A DNA stretch of 64,000 nucleotides from the NCBI GenBank assembly GCA_010909165.1, contig MU008214.1, positions 197,905-261,904 of the forward strand, in the 5' to 3' direction. The notes below the pieces were generated by a model. The model was not told the DNA's origin, did no database searches, and saw only the letters and a list, made by a program, of their open reading frames with translations. The position numbers and the translations under genes are program-made. This document shows, in pieces, positions 35,904 to 47,983 of the stretch (its first letter is position 1; every line of letters starts with the position of its first letter). The stretch comes from Anthoceros angustus. Its lineage: Eukaryota; Plantae; Anthocerotophyta.

Positions 35904-37479
35904 TATATGGTACTAAAGTGTATCACTAAACCATGCTTGCACCCAAGGTTGTAGTAAACCATTGGCTGTTGTTAAATACCATTGTCTTGTTGTAAACGAA
36001 TGCCTTGAAATCAAGGAAGTCCTGCAATAACTTGTAGCCTTGTAGTAAAGAGACAACTCATCCTTGTAAAATCCCCAAGCTCTGTTGTAAATTACGAGTG
36101 CCCCCGCAGTAAAGCACATTTTGATGTGTCTCATCATTGTTAAAACCTTTGGTGAAATAAGCCCTGTAGCAAAATCTGAATCAATCCTTGTAAATTCATT
36201 GGATATACTTGAAAATAATACATGGACCTGAAACGAACGTATAACTATCGTAGTAAAACGAGCTGCTGTAGTAAAATGAACCCTCGTTGTAAAATTGCTC
36301 TTAGTAAATGTATAATTTTACTAGTCGTATACTTTGCCCTCCCTTCTCTCTACCTGCTCTAATCCCTCCTTACCCAAGCCCAAGTTGGTCTAGTTTGATT
36401 CTAACCCACTTAGAACTTCACTCACATTTAATGCCCTCTCACACCAACCTCCATCCACACATGCTTGCCCAAACCGGGCCTACCACAGGCTGTCCTTCTC
36501 TAGTTATGTATTTCACCTTGCTTACCTTGGTCACCCAACTCCGAACCCCTTTTGCAATTCACTAGGGTTCAATAAACTCCATCTTTCCTTTTAATCATGG
36601 ATGAACTCACTAAACATAACTATCAGATTTAGCCATGTGTTCACTCAATCAACTACTCATAACCGACTCCTAGTAAATAATGGTCTATGCTACCCGACAC
36701 ATGTTACCTGACATGCCACTCCTAGAATGCATAAGCATTTAAAATGCTACACTTATTCCGAAAAATGTATGTCTCCAATATCATCATGTTCTTCCGGATT
36801 TGAGCAATTTTCCTTCTTGGTCTATAAGGGTGAGAGGCCGCAAGAGCTCTATGCATGAGGAGGAAAGCATGCTCTTGTAACGCTTCGTTTTCGGGTGGGA
36901 AGAAGAGTTTCGCCCTAAGGCTTGTTGGGTCAGTGTCATGGATGTGTGGGAAAGTGCATTTTTCTCACTTTCTGCAACTTCCTATCGATCCGCATGTGCC
37001 GATGTTTAATTTGGTGTGGTTTGTAGTCGAATCTAACTGTGGCCACTACGCTATCGCAGCTCCCGAGCTTGAAGGTGCTCAACCTAGCATAGAGCCAGCG
37101 AGCATAGGAGAGATACTCTAGCTCGTGTACTAGAGCAGCTTGGAAATGTTTCAATCAGTTGAGAAAGTGATATCACCTTGTGGACTTTTCTTACTAGAAT
37201 CTTGGAACTACTAACAGAGGTGTAAAAGCTTACCTTTTGTTTCTTGTGTGGGATGGCAGGGAGTAGCAAAGCTAGGCCATTGGGGAGTCATTTGAAATTG
37301 CAAAACAGTTGCCAATATGCATCAATCCAGGCCACAGCTCAAGCTGGAAATTTTACCTTTATTTTCAGACTTTCCTTGGTATGGATTTGGCATGTGGATT
37401 TGTGTTTTGTTGCATTTTGTTTTTCTTGCTTAGCTTTTTAAGCATGATAATAGGTGCTTTACATCCTTGCTTGCTTCAG

Positions 37480-37757
37480 CTAGAGACCAATTTGTACATA
37501 TGTTGTTCGACAATAAAATTATTGCAGATGGCGAGCTATTTGCAAAGCTTAGAGAGGATGTGCGAGATAAATTGGAAGATCGAGTAAGTACTTGTAATAG
37601 CAAAGTCATATTATCGGTTTTTGTAATGAGTCCGCTTGAACTCAGGTTCCAAGGTACTTACAGGCTATTGTGAAGAGCTACTCGTTACTTGCTATCAATG
37701 AATCTCGTCCAGATGAAAAAGTTGTTGCATACATGGTGCAAAGGGTAGAGAAGGTAT
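37480..37757 (+). other. two in-frame exons of an unidentified gene or TE ORF
   Basis: ARDQFVHMLFDNKIIADGELFAKLREDVRDKLEDR/GTAAGT..CTCAG/VPRYLQAIVKSYSLLAINESRPDEKVVAYMVQRVEK/GTATGT. Confidence 0.4.
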
Positions 37758-38059
37758 GTAGCGGACTGTTTTCCTAGGCTAAGATTGTATCTAGTATTAT
37801 GTTTCTTTGTTAACCTTTGAATTTATTGTTATACGTGGAATAACATACGGTGCAGTACAACCCAAAAAAGTACATAATAAATATGTTTATGCTGATTAAT
37901 ATATATATATATATGTAAAAATATATATCAAATATACAATATAGGACATACCATACGAAGTAAAATAATTGGAGTGGGTTAGGAGAACTGGGGTTAATAT
38001 CCCCAGGTGGAGGGAACTACAGTTAACAAAGCATAAATAGTGGAACTAGAGTCACAAGA

Positions 38060-38300
38060 ATGGTTAGTAGCCTTGGTACCGGACCTCCAAAAGTGTAACT
38101 AAAAGTGTAACAAGACTGTTTGTCATGCAGTATCACACCTTGATGGTAATACTATGTTACACTTTTGGGGAGAGACTACAAAGTGAAGTGTAACAAAGTG
38201 TTACATGAGGGTGGTTTGGAATCCCCTACACGTTCACAACAAAAGTGTAACATGGCAACAAAAGTGCAACAAAAAGTGTAACAAAAAGTTAGATGCCTGG
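38060..38300. repeat. AAAGTGTAACA motif cluster related to the CCCTA-terminated arms
   Basis: CTTGGTACCGGACCTCC resembles CTTGGTACCGAACCTCC at 58152; AAAGTGTAACA repeats also occur at ~47951. Confidence 0.5.
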
Positions 38301-39748
38301 AAAGTTAGTGATCCGTTTCCAATCTTGGGACACACTGTCCCATTTTGACTTGCATTGAGATGCAAAGCCCGAGATGCGGTATTGCCCACAATATTTCATG
38401 ACCTCCTTCTACCGTTCTTGTTTCCTCTTATGCTTCTCACGCTCAATTTTTGGTGTTGATTCGCTTGGCAGCCTACAAAATATGTAGCTCTTGCACTATC
38501 CACACCTTGTGTGTTCCTCTGTTTGAAGGAATAGAAGCCGTGGTAGGTGAAAAAGCTGAGACAGGCAAGATTGGGAACTGTGAGAAGATTGATGCACCAA
38601 AGGAGAAGCTTGGAGAAGGTGCAAGATCGGAACGGTCTGTGCCCATCTTCTCCTCAAGAGTAATCTGCGTGGAGCAATTCAGTACCAAATTCCTTGAAAT
38701 CAATGCACGCCATGGGACGCTGATAGATTGAATGGAATAGGATCGAGCTAGAGCACATGCTCTTTAAGAGACCTAGCCAGAATTGGTAACGGGATGAACC
38801 AATATTGGTAACCAGTTACAGACGTCCAAGTTGCCGAGAATTACGGTTGTGGCACTCCATCTTATAATTTTCGGCAGATGCAGGTTTTATGGAGACGTTG
38901 GGCCATATCGGTCTCATTGTAGCAAAAAAAGGACACGGAAGGGGTCATTTTCCTTTCACGGAAAGTGCCCCTAAGAGCATACGGGGCTACTTTTGAATGA
39001 AATCCTCGTGCGGGGCTTCGACACTTTGGGGTCGCCTATAGTACAATCCCTACGAGCTATTTTTGACTCCAAAAGGAAAAGGGCTACGGGTGAATGAATG
39101 ATGTTCTTTTCATATACTGTATCTACAAAATCTTCAAAGCTGCGTAAAAATTGTTGTGAAAAACAATCATCTATCCTCCAGTGTTTGCAGCGGAGGAAGG
39201 TGCGTGGTAAACGCATATATAATGTGATGACGTGATGAAAGCAATGGAAAAAAAGTCTCTAAAAGGTTGGGCGTAAAGAAAAAGACGCGGTGCCCAGAAA
39301 GAAGAGCTTTACTAAAACGAAAGGTTTAGCAAGCCGAGCTTGCACACAAAAAGGCTTGCCAAGATGCCAGTTCCCGCGCTGTGGCGAGTAGCCGTTAGGA
39401 TACGAGGTAGCAAGCGCAGTGTTACGTGGTCGCTCTCACGTCTCCACTTTGTGTGTGAAGACGCGTCACATGCATTCGCCTACAGCTAGTGGTGTGATTT
39501 GAAGGTGGACAGAACGAGAGAGCACGCCTAGCCTCGTGGATGCAAAACACAAGGCTGGTGAATTATACAGTGTGTGGGAAGCCTGGCGGGCTGGCGAAGT
39601 GGAAAAGCCCCTGCCAGAAAGAGTGCAACAAGCTCAGGCCGATTGCGGTTGAGTTGTGGGCGCCGCAGCAGGAAAAGGCAAGGAAGCAAATTGTTGCAAT
39701 GAAATTTGGTGGAAGGAAGGGTCCCCGGGGGAGGGGAGGAGCTGCACC

Positions 39749-40108
39749 TCACTGAGCTGAAATGGAGTCCCGGACCTCAAAGATGGCGCGGGTCTTGACC
39801 ACGATATCGAACATGTGCATGGTCTTCATCCTGGTGAAGTCGGCGGGGAGCGAGATGAGGTAGGGGGTGGCGCTCTTGTGGTACTGCAACAGGGTGGGAT
39901 CGGTGCTGGGATACGGCTCCCATCCCAGGTCCATGAGCATGTCCCCGAGCTCCTGGTAGCTGGTCACCACCTGATTGGTCGGGCAGTGCACCAGCACCGG
40001 TACCCTGCGGCGGATGCAGGCGCACGACTGGCCGTCCGCCGTCGTCTCCGCCAACGGGTTGGGCACCAGCCGCGCAATTCCGTCCTTGAACATCCACACT
40101 CCCGACAT
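39749..40108 (-). CDS. FPF1: FPF1-like (flowering-promoting factor 1) protein, 119 aa, intronless
   Basis: MSGVWMFKDGIARLVPNP..VLVHCPTNQVVTSY..LGWEPY..LLQYHK..LISLPADF..MHMFDIVVK. Confidence 0.93.
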   Translation of the reverse strand: MSGVWMFKDGIARLVPNPLAETTADGQSCACIRRRVPVLVHCPTNQVVTSYQELGDMLMDLGWEPYPSTDPTLLQYHKSATPYLISLPADFTRMKTMHMFDIVVKTRAIFEVRDSISAQ

Positions 40109-41060
40109 GGCTGCTGCCGCTTCCACGTCCCAACTTCCTGGCCTGCACCAGCCAACAAAACATTCCAAGCGAGGTGGCCTCGGTTGAGCAGCAACGTCAC
40201 AGCGGCCTGGGGCCGGAGAATCGACGGTACTTGCAAATTGCAGGCCAGGGGCCGGGGCCGGGGCCGCGGCCGCGGCCGGGGGGATGAGATGAGGCGAGAG
40301 ACCTGATGCGCAGAGACGCGGGCGGCCGAGGCCGAGCCCGAGGCCGAGGCCGATTCCGACGACGTTGCTCCAAGCAGCAATGTTGATGAGCGTGAGCTCG
40401 GTTACAGGCGATCGCAATAGCGATGTGAACTGCGAATGGAAGGGGAGGCCGTCACCGCGCGGCCATTTGATGACCTGGCGGGCGCGGTGAAGGAGAGAGA
40501 GAGCGCGGGAGGGCAATGATGAGAGAGTGGATCACAGGGCCCGCCCGGGCGCAGGGGCAGGGGCAGGGGCAGCGGCAGGCAAGGCAAGACATGTACCTAC
40601 GTCTTATTAGTTATGTGCATACATATGTCTGTCCGCGTGAACTGACAACTAACAGCGCCAACGCCGGGCCGGGCGTGGTGTCACGAGGAAACACCAAGGT
40701 CTCCCTCGCCCTCGGCGGCCGAGGCATCTCGCAAAACAACGCCACAGCAATTGCCGAGGCGAGATCGAAAATCTCCACACACTGGGCCCGCCACGCCTCT
40801 ACTGTGTGGTGGAACCTGCGTGTGATAAACATACACCACACAAAAGTAGCCTGTTGTCCACGCCAAGCGGGGGCCACACTAGCTCCCTGTCCTACTTTGA
40901 CTTCCTTTCTTCGCCATTGCTCTGCCTCGTTAGCGCCGCCTATAATAATTACTACCGCCACCGACCACCATTAAATAATAAATGAGTAATATTTCTAGCC
41001 GCACCCTTAGCGACGCGGCCTTGCCGGTTTCCTGGACTGGAAATTCTATGGATCATCCTC

Positions 41061-44000
41061 CTACTCCTCTGCCAGGGCACGGACTCTCCGCACTTGGATG
41101 TGATGTGTCGACTCCGACCTCCATATGGGCTTCTTGCCGCTCTGCACCAGAGCTACCTCCTCGCCCTCCTTCACCATTCCTTGCTTCTGCTCACGCCACC
41201 GCATCACAGTTGACCACCCACCACCACCCAATCATGCCAAACGACCAGCAGCAGCAGCAGCAGCAGCAGTACGATCAAACCAGCTAGGTACCTGGAGGAT
41301 AGCCAGTGCTGCTGAGAAGGTGTCCTCCGCATCTTCCGAGAAATCCATGTACACTGCTCTCACCCCTTGATACAAGGCCAGTCTTTGCTGCACCCTCTCC
41401 CTGCAAATGCAAGCCCCACATTTCTCAGACTTGACTCACTCCCTTTCGCAGCACCAGCACCACACCAGCAACAACCACAACACCGTCACCACCGCTGGCA
41501 ACCTAGCTAGCTCCCTACTGGTTTGTGAAGGCAAAGATGGTGCCCGCCGGTCGGTAGTGGCTCAGAAGCATCGCCATGAATCCGCTACGTGTGAACACCA
41601 ATATCGACGTGCCCAGTGTGTTTGACATCATCGTTGCGTGGAAAGCAAACATCTCACTCATATGGTTCTGCAACACAATTTCCCACCTCATGATCGACGC
41701 ACACGCACACATATACTCGACATCCATGTCACCACAAAACCTCAGCCTTGACCCAGCTGCGTCACAATCTAACCTTGAAGGCACGCCCCAAATTGGCAGG
41801 GCGCTGCTCTTCTGGCATAGTTGCTTCTGTTCGCAAGGCAACTGTATGCATCACTTTTACCGCTTTCAGTGGGTACCTGAACACACAACCAGTGCTCACT
41901 TTCATCACCTCACACCCCTCCAACCGTTGCTTCACCTCCACACAACTTGCCTGCAACTGCTACAACAAGAAAATCTTACTTGCCATGAGCTGTCTCCCCA
42001 GACAGCATGATTGCATCTGCCCCTTCTCGGACAGCAATGGCAATATCTGAAACCTCTGCTCTTGTTGGCGTTGGGTGATTGATCATGCTCTCCAACATGT
42101 TTGTTGCTACGATCACGGGCTTTCCCATGCTCCTGCATACTCTTATTATCTCGCCCTGCACACAATTTAGACGACATCTCAAGGGTGGACAGAGTATGTA
42201 TCATATCACAAAAGTACAAACGACGCCCAGGTTTCAACTTAAGCATCCAACCACCCTCACAACTCTGACCAACACACAAATGAGCCACCTGCAGAAGAGG
42301 AACTTCTTCTACTGGTAGTTCTGCTCCAAGATCACCGCGAGCAACCATCGCCTAACAAGAACACGAGACACATGTGTCAACACCCTGACAGAAAGCCACA
42401 TGCACCTGCATCTTACGAGTCACAAAAACCCACAAAGAGCTACGAAGCTACAATTCTTGAAAACGAATACCCCATCTGAGGCGTCCAGGATCCCGTTGAG
42501 ATTGGGAATGGAATCCGCACTCTCAATCTTCACGATGACATTGATGTCTGCTGAACAGCCTGTGGCATTCAGAGCTCTACTGAGAATTAGCACCTCCATG
42601 AGGACATCATGAGACAAGGGCCTCAAAGCCTGAAGGACATGCAGTTCCTCAAACACTACCCATACATCACTGGTGGAGGATGCATAAGCCAGACATACCC
42701 TTCAGATAATCCTTTAACTCCTTCACAACCTGGGCATCTTTCACAAAAGAGAGGGCATAATAATCCACCTTGTTTTCAACACCAAACTTGATATCTTCCC
42801 AATCTTTGTCTGTCCCACCATTCCAAGTACAGAAAAGTTAGCTAGTGATAATTCCAATCTAAACCTGGACCAGCACTACCGTTCTCCTAGGCTTCATTGC
42901 TTGTGTATCAGTGGCATGTCATCACCCACCTGTAAGTGAAGGCAGTGTAGCACTCTTTCCACGAACGTTGAGGTGCCTGCGAGACTTCAATTCCCCACCA
43001 TCCACAACCTCACACAGGACTGAGTCTTCCGTTTTTGACTTCACCACCAGGGACATCATACCACCTGCAGATTTAAGGAAATTGGATGCCGCCACGGAAA
43101 GTACATTGTATGCAGCAAGTGATCAATCATCCACTCTCCAGGCTGACAGTCAATATAGGCTTCCAGCAGGAAAATATGTGCCCCGCCATCATTCTCATGA
43201 CACGTACCATCTACAAGCAGCTCATCTCCCGTCTCCACATCGGTGACAAAGTCATCATAGTTCACACTAACACACGTGTCAGTCCCAACCCCACGTTTGA
43301 TCGTGAAAGTGAACTCCTGCCCCTTGGCAAGTTGGATAGGCTGAGGCAGATCGCCGCTTCGAACTTCAGGGCCCTAAACACGGCAACGCAGTCCCATCAG
43401 TTTCACATAAGGCTCTTAGATCACTCTCACCTCTGTGTAGTTCAGCCACCAGGAAAGAAAGAAGCACAGAAACGGGCAGCCAGTGGCAACCTCACCTTCG
43501 TGTCCAGCATGATTGCGATGACGTTGGCTCCAGCTTGCGCATTGAAGTCACGAACAAGGTCTATTACCTTCTTGTGTGACGCATGGTCACCATGAGACAT
43601 GTTTAGACGTGCAACGTTCATCCCAGCATCAGCGAGCTTCGCAATCATTTCGGGAGTGTTGGACGATGGACCAATTGTGCACACAATTTTCGTTTTCCGC
43701 TGAAAACTGGGTTTAATCCACATGCTGGACAGACCTCGCTCAGCGAGAAATTGCTCCAAAGATAGAGGCTGGCCCTGCACAATAAAGCACACTTGAGGCT
43801 GAGGCTGACCGAGAACAAAGGAAAGCAAATGACTTGCGGGCGAATTCCCTACAGCACATGTAGGTGAGAGCACTTACTTGAAGGTCATCAGAAGGAAAGG
43901 TGAGAGGAAAGCTTTTCGTGACATCGTCGGGCGTGACAGGCACAAGCTGAGGCTCGTCCCTTGCAATTCTTCGGGGCCGTAAACTGGTGGCTCGAATTTC

Positions 44001-44195
44001 ACAATCTCCCCGCACACACTGGGGGCGACCCTGTTGACTGAGAACAGGCAGACGACCCTGAGGCCTGAGTCCACGAAAATGCACAAAATGGGCAGTTTCA
44101 TCGGAAACAAGGTGAGAGGTGGATGCCGAGCTGCTGCAGCACTGAAGGGACGCTGCCGCTACTGCGGCCGCAGAGGAGAGCAGAGCTGTAGCCAT
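41061..44195 (-). CDS. plastidial pyruvate kinase (beta-subunit type), multi-exon
   Basis: Transit-peptide-like N-terminus; [20 protein letters not shown]; VKIESADSI; [12 protein letters not shown]; [18 protein letters not shown]; MLSGETAHG; C-terminus [21 protein letters not shown], typical of PKp-beta. Confidence 0.93.
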
Positions 44196-46529
44196 GGCCG
44201 AAGAAGCACGCTTCCAGTCAGCTCCCGAGTTGTAACCCCCTTACACAGCCGGTGGAGGAGTAGAGGTAGTTGAGGAGCGGCGCAAGGGCTCCGATTAGGA
44301 AAGCGAGGACAAGCGGACGGAAATTCCTTTCCTGGGAACGGCAACGACAATGGCAAGCATGTGAGATTGTTCCGAGAATATCTATGTCGAGTACCTGGCC
44401 CGATTCCGGCCGGGCAACTGCGGAAAAACATCTAGGTATTAAAAATGTAACTAAAACCGCTGTATAACATGGGTTTTAGTTACTTTATGAAAACAAACGT
44501 TATTGTCAGATTTCACAACAGGGCTTTAATACATTTACAACAAGGGGCTTTGAGATCGCCGTTGGTATGAGGTGACATGGTTTTTGTTGTACATTCATGG
44601 CCTCCTATGTATTCCTAGGAAAAGGGAGCTACGACAGCCCCCAGTCCGAGTAAGAAGGGCCCATGAATGTGTAGGCTAGCATAGAATATGTTTTCTCCCA
44701 GCGTTCTACAACACTGTATTCACTGGCTGCTGGGTGTTGTGCAAAAATGTGCCCAGAGTTACTAACTGTGTGTTATCTTGTGCTTGCAAACTGATGCTCA
44801 ACGTGAAAGCTTCTTCGTCTTTGCCCTTTCGTCGCAGACACCAAGTCGTGGAGCCGCTAACCATAGGAAGTCATTGAAATTGTTGCATGTACACACTTGT
44901 GTTGTGGAAGCTGTTACTTAGTTGTGTTATCGTAGTTGAAAAGAAACCAACATTATGACTAGCCTCTAAAAACTGTAATGCGATGTGAAACCATGACCTT
45001 ATAATGAGTGTGGCGTAGAAATATCTATCTCCTCATACCAAACAGATGTTCAACAACTAGTACCCTCGGCGGGACATGTCTCTAATAGCAGGCTGTGTGT
45101 GTTTATTGTGAACATTGCCTTGAGCAAGCACCTCTCGCACCCCTTGGGTATCACACGTTTCCAAACCAACAATCCTTAATAACTGTCTTTTTGGATAAGG
45201 TGAAAGATGGAGGAGAATCCAACGATCGGCTTCTCCCCCAAAATGAAGATAAGCGTTGGGGAAGTTTTTCTTTAAGCAAGCTTAATATGGTGTATTGTGA
45301 GAGCGGAGGGAGTTCACTATTTGAATCTTGGGGCAGCAAGGTACTAGATGTGTTTGAACTCCATCCTCTTTTGCATGCACGATGTGTAGCATGTTTTTGG
45401 AGCTTCCTTATGGAAACTTCTCTTGTTGAGAGGAAACTTGAGACAGGATAGTGTCGCAAGTGATGGTTGTACGTGTATAGGAGTGTGACAACCTCACGGT
45501 TGCGTATATGTGTGTTTGTAGGAGCTTTTCTGTTTTTGCTACATAGCAAAAAGATAAAAGCTCCTACAAATACACGTCACAGACCCTATGCACCACACCC
45601 AAGACGATGTAAAGACAACTTGTGGATTCTAATCTTCCATCACCACATCACATATGATCCCGCCCACTTTTTTTAAATGCGACTAGCATATATCTGCAAC
45701 TAGTCTATGCAGGTAAATCAAGGTTTAATCTAGGTTCTTTACACCATCTATATTGAGCCTGATTTCTTAACGTAAGGGTGATATCACACTATAAATATAA
45801 CATTTGATGTAACGTTTGAGAGGCCCCGACCCTCGAGCCTTGTAACATTGGCCTTGAAAATGCAACATGACAAGGCTAACATGTTACAAATGGCCATAAC
45901 ATGGCCTCAAGCTTTCTAATAGTGGTGGAATATGGTTGAAGGTTTATTTGGCTATGACTCGAGTGTTTTTTGGCAGTGTCATTGTTAATTGGGAAAGTTA
46001 GTTTAAAGAGATGACCCTAGATTGTCTCGAGCTGGGAAACGTTTCAACACCTAAGTTAGATTTTGTTATATGGGCAGTTAAATATTTTTTTGAGGAGTAA
46101 AATATGGAAGTCTCAATTTGAGACACACGACCATTTCAGGGGTTAATTATCACCCAAGTTTCATGGTCTAATTGGTCATCACATTAGTCAAAACATAATG
46201 GAGGCCTCAAGTTCAAGTATAATACAGCCATATTTTGTGCATACATATAGAAAAAGGTGTGGTGTAATAATATACAATTTTTCCTTTTCCTCTTGTAGAA
46301 TACAACTTCATAGGATTGGCTAGATTTTATAATCTCATGAAATGGAATGGACATTGGTTGCGCTAGTAATTTTTTTATTGTACTATTTAACCCATTTCCA
46401 TTACTGCCCAGGTCTCATTGTTACAATAACCTATACCGAGTTAGGTGCATAAAACATCTATGATTTATTAATAATTATTATAGAAAAATTATTTGGGGAT
46501 ATTAGGGTGCAGCGTTCGTTTGAGAGACC

Positions 46530-47035
46530 CGTTCCATGCTGTGATTTCCAGTCTCAATTTTTCAGCTGATGCGTAACCAGTGTGACATGATGTTAGTGAA
46601 GGGATGGTGGCAGGGTGGGATCACGTGTACAGCCGCAAGCATATCTTGTACTTGCAGAGCATTGCAAGGTCAGGCCAAGACCGCTCCAATACTATGATTT
46701 CCTCTCAAATTTTTCAGGTGCGTAACTAGCTAGTGTGATTTGATATTAGAAGGCGATAGTAGCATAGGTGTCTCGTACATGTACAATCGCAAGTAGTTGC
46801 AAGGTCGCCAAGACTCATTCCATCCATTTTTATCTCAAATTTTCAGCTGATGCGTAACCAGACTATGATGTGAAGTTAGGGAAGGCGATGGAAGAATGGA
46901 GAAGTTTCATGTACATGTATAGCTGCAAGGTGAGGCCAAGTCCCATTCCATGCTGTGATTTTCTACCTCAAAATTTTATTTGATGCGTGACCACACTGTG
47001 ATGTGACATTAGAGAAGGCGATGCTAGTAGGGCAG
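46530..47035. repeat. diverged ~130-155 bp tandem repeat x4
   Basis: TCTCAAATTTT(T)CAG..TGCGTAAC and TGCAAGGT..GCCAAG recur. Confidence 0.7.
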
Positions 47036-47689
47036 GGTGTTGGGTGAATAAGGAGTGACAAGGCCAGTGAACGGTAGGAGGGATGTGTTTAGAGGGCCAG
47101 ATCCTGGTGTTGTAGCACAAAGAAGGGCGAGTGTACTGTCACTAGCAAGTAACAGACATGTGTTGAGTGTGGACAGTGAAAACAACGCAAGGGAGTGGAA
47201 GAGGCGGGTGGCAGAGGGAGGATAGGAGTGGAGCAACCAATAGCAGCCATGATCGAGGCAGGGGCAAAAAGGCGCGTAACAGACATAAGGCAGTTGTCTA
47301 GGGGGAGAGAGGAGGGAGGACTTGGAGCCAAACAACCCCACGCCGGCGCATAGCAAACATGGGTCCGCGTAGCACAAACTCGTAGGCACAAAAGGCACTG
47401 AGTGCTCAAGGACAAACTAGTAAACGTATCGTGGACGTGTACATACGGTGTATAAAGTATGTACGTTATCCGTGTGACGTATATACTTATTTTACATAAA
47501 ATAGAATATGACCGTATATCACAGGAAATTATCATATAGTATATGTTACCATGAACAATACGTGTATTTTACAAAGAATATATTCGTACATGTATTTATA
47601 TATATGTATATTCATACGAGTATCGGTGGGAACTACTAAGTAAAACTAAGTATTCTATAGGGTAATAGTAGTAAAAAGAGGAAGGTAGA

Positions 47690-47983
47690 TGGGAGGAGGT
47701 TCGGTACCAAGCCTGCAAAACTGTAACAAGAGACGATGTAACACTTTGGTTGTTGCAATTATATTGAAATTTTGAGAGGGGACACAAACCACCTCTCACT
47801 ACATTGCAACATAATTGCAACAAGACTATATTTATGTAACAAGGTGGAGGGTTGGTTTCCAAACCTAACTATAACAAGGGGTCCCAAAAATGTAACAAGA
47901 CCCCAAGATTTTAACATAATTGCAACAAAAGGGGGTCCAAATCTTAACATAAAGTGTAACATGACTGCCCTTTTCTAGTAGGG
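47690..47983. mobile_element. DNA-transposon arm ending ..TTTCTAGTAGGG (CACTA-like, CCCTA terminus)
   Basis: Reverse-complement homologue of 57900-58174. Confidence 0.7.

Noticed and set aside
39749-40516. 255 aa N-terminally extended FPF1
   Set aside because: The extension is low-complexity GC-rich UTR sequence; family homology begins at MSGVW (40108).
47024-47032. Third CTAGTAGGG terminus
   Set aside because: It lies within a degenerate tandem repeat unit, lacks the adjacent TTT and subterminal motifs, and is probably chance.
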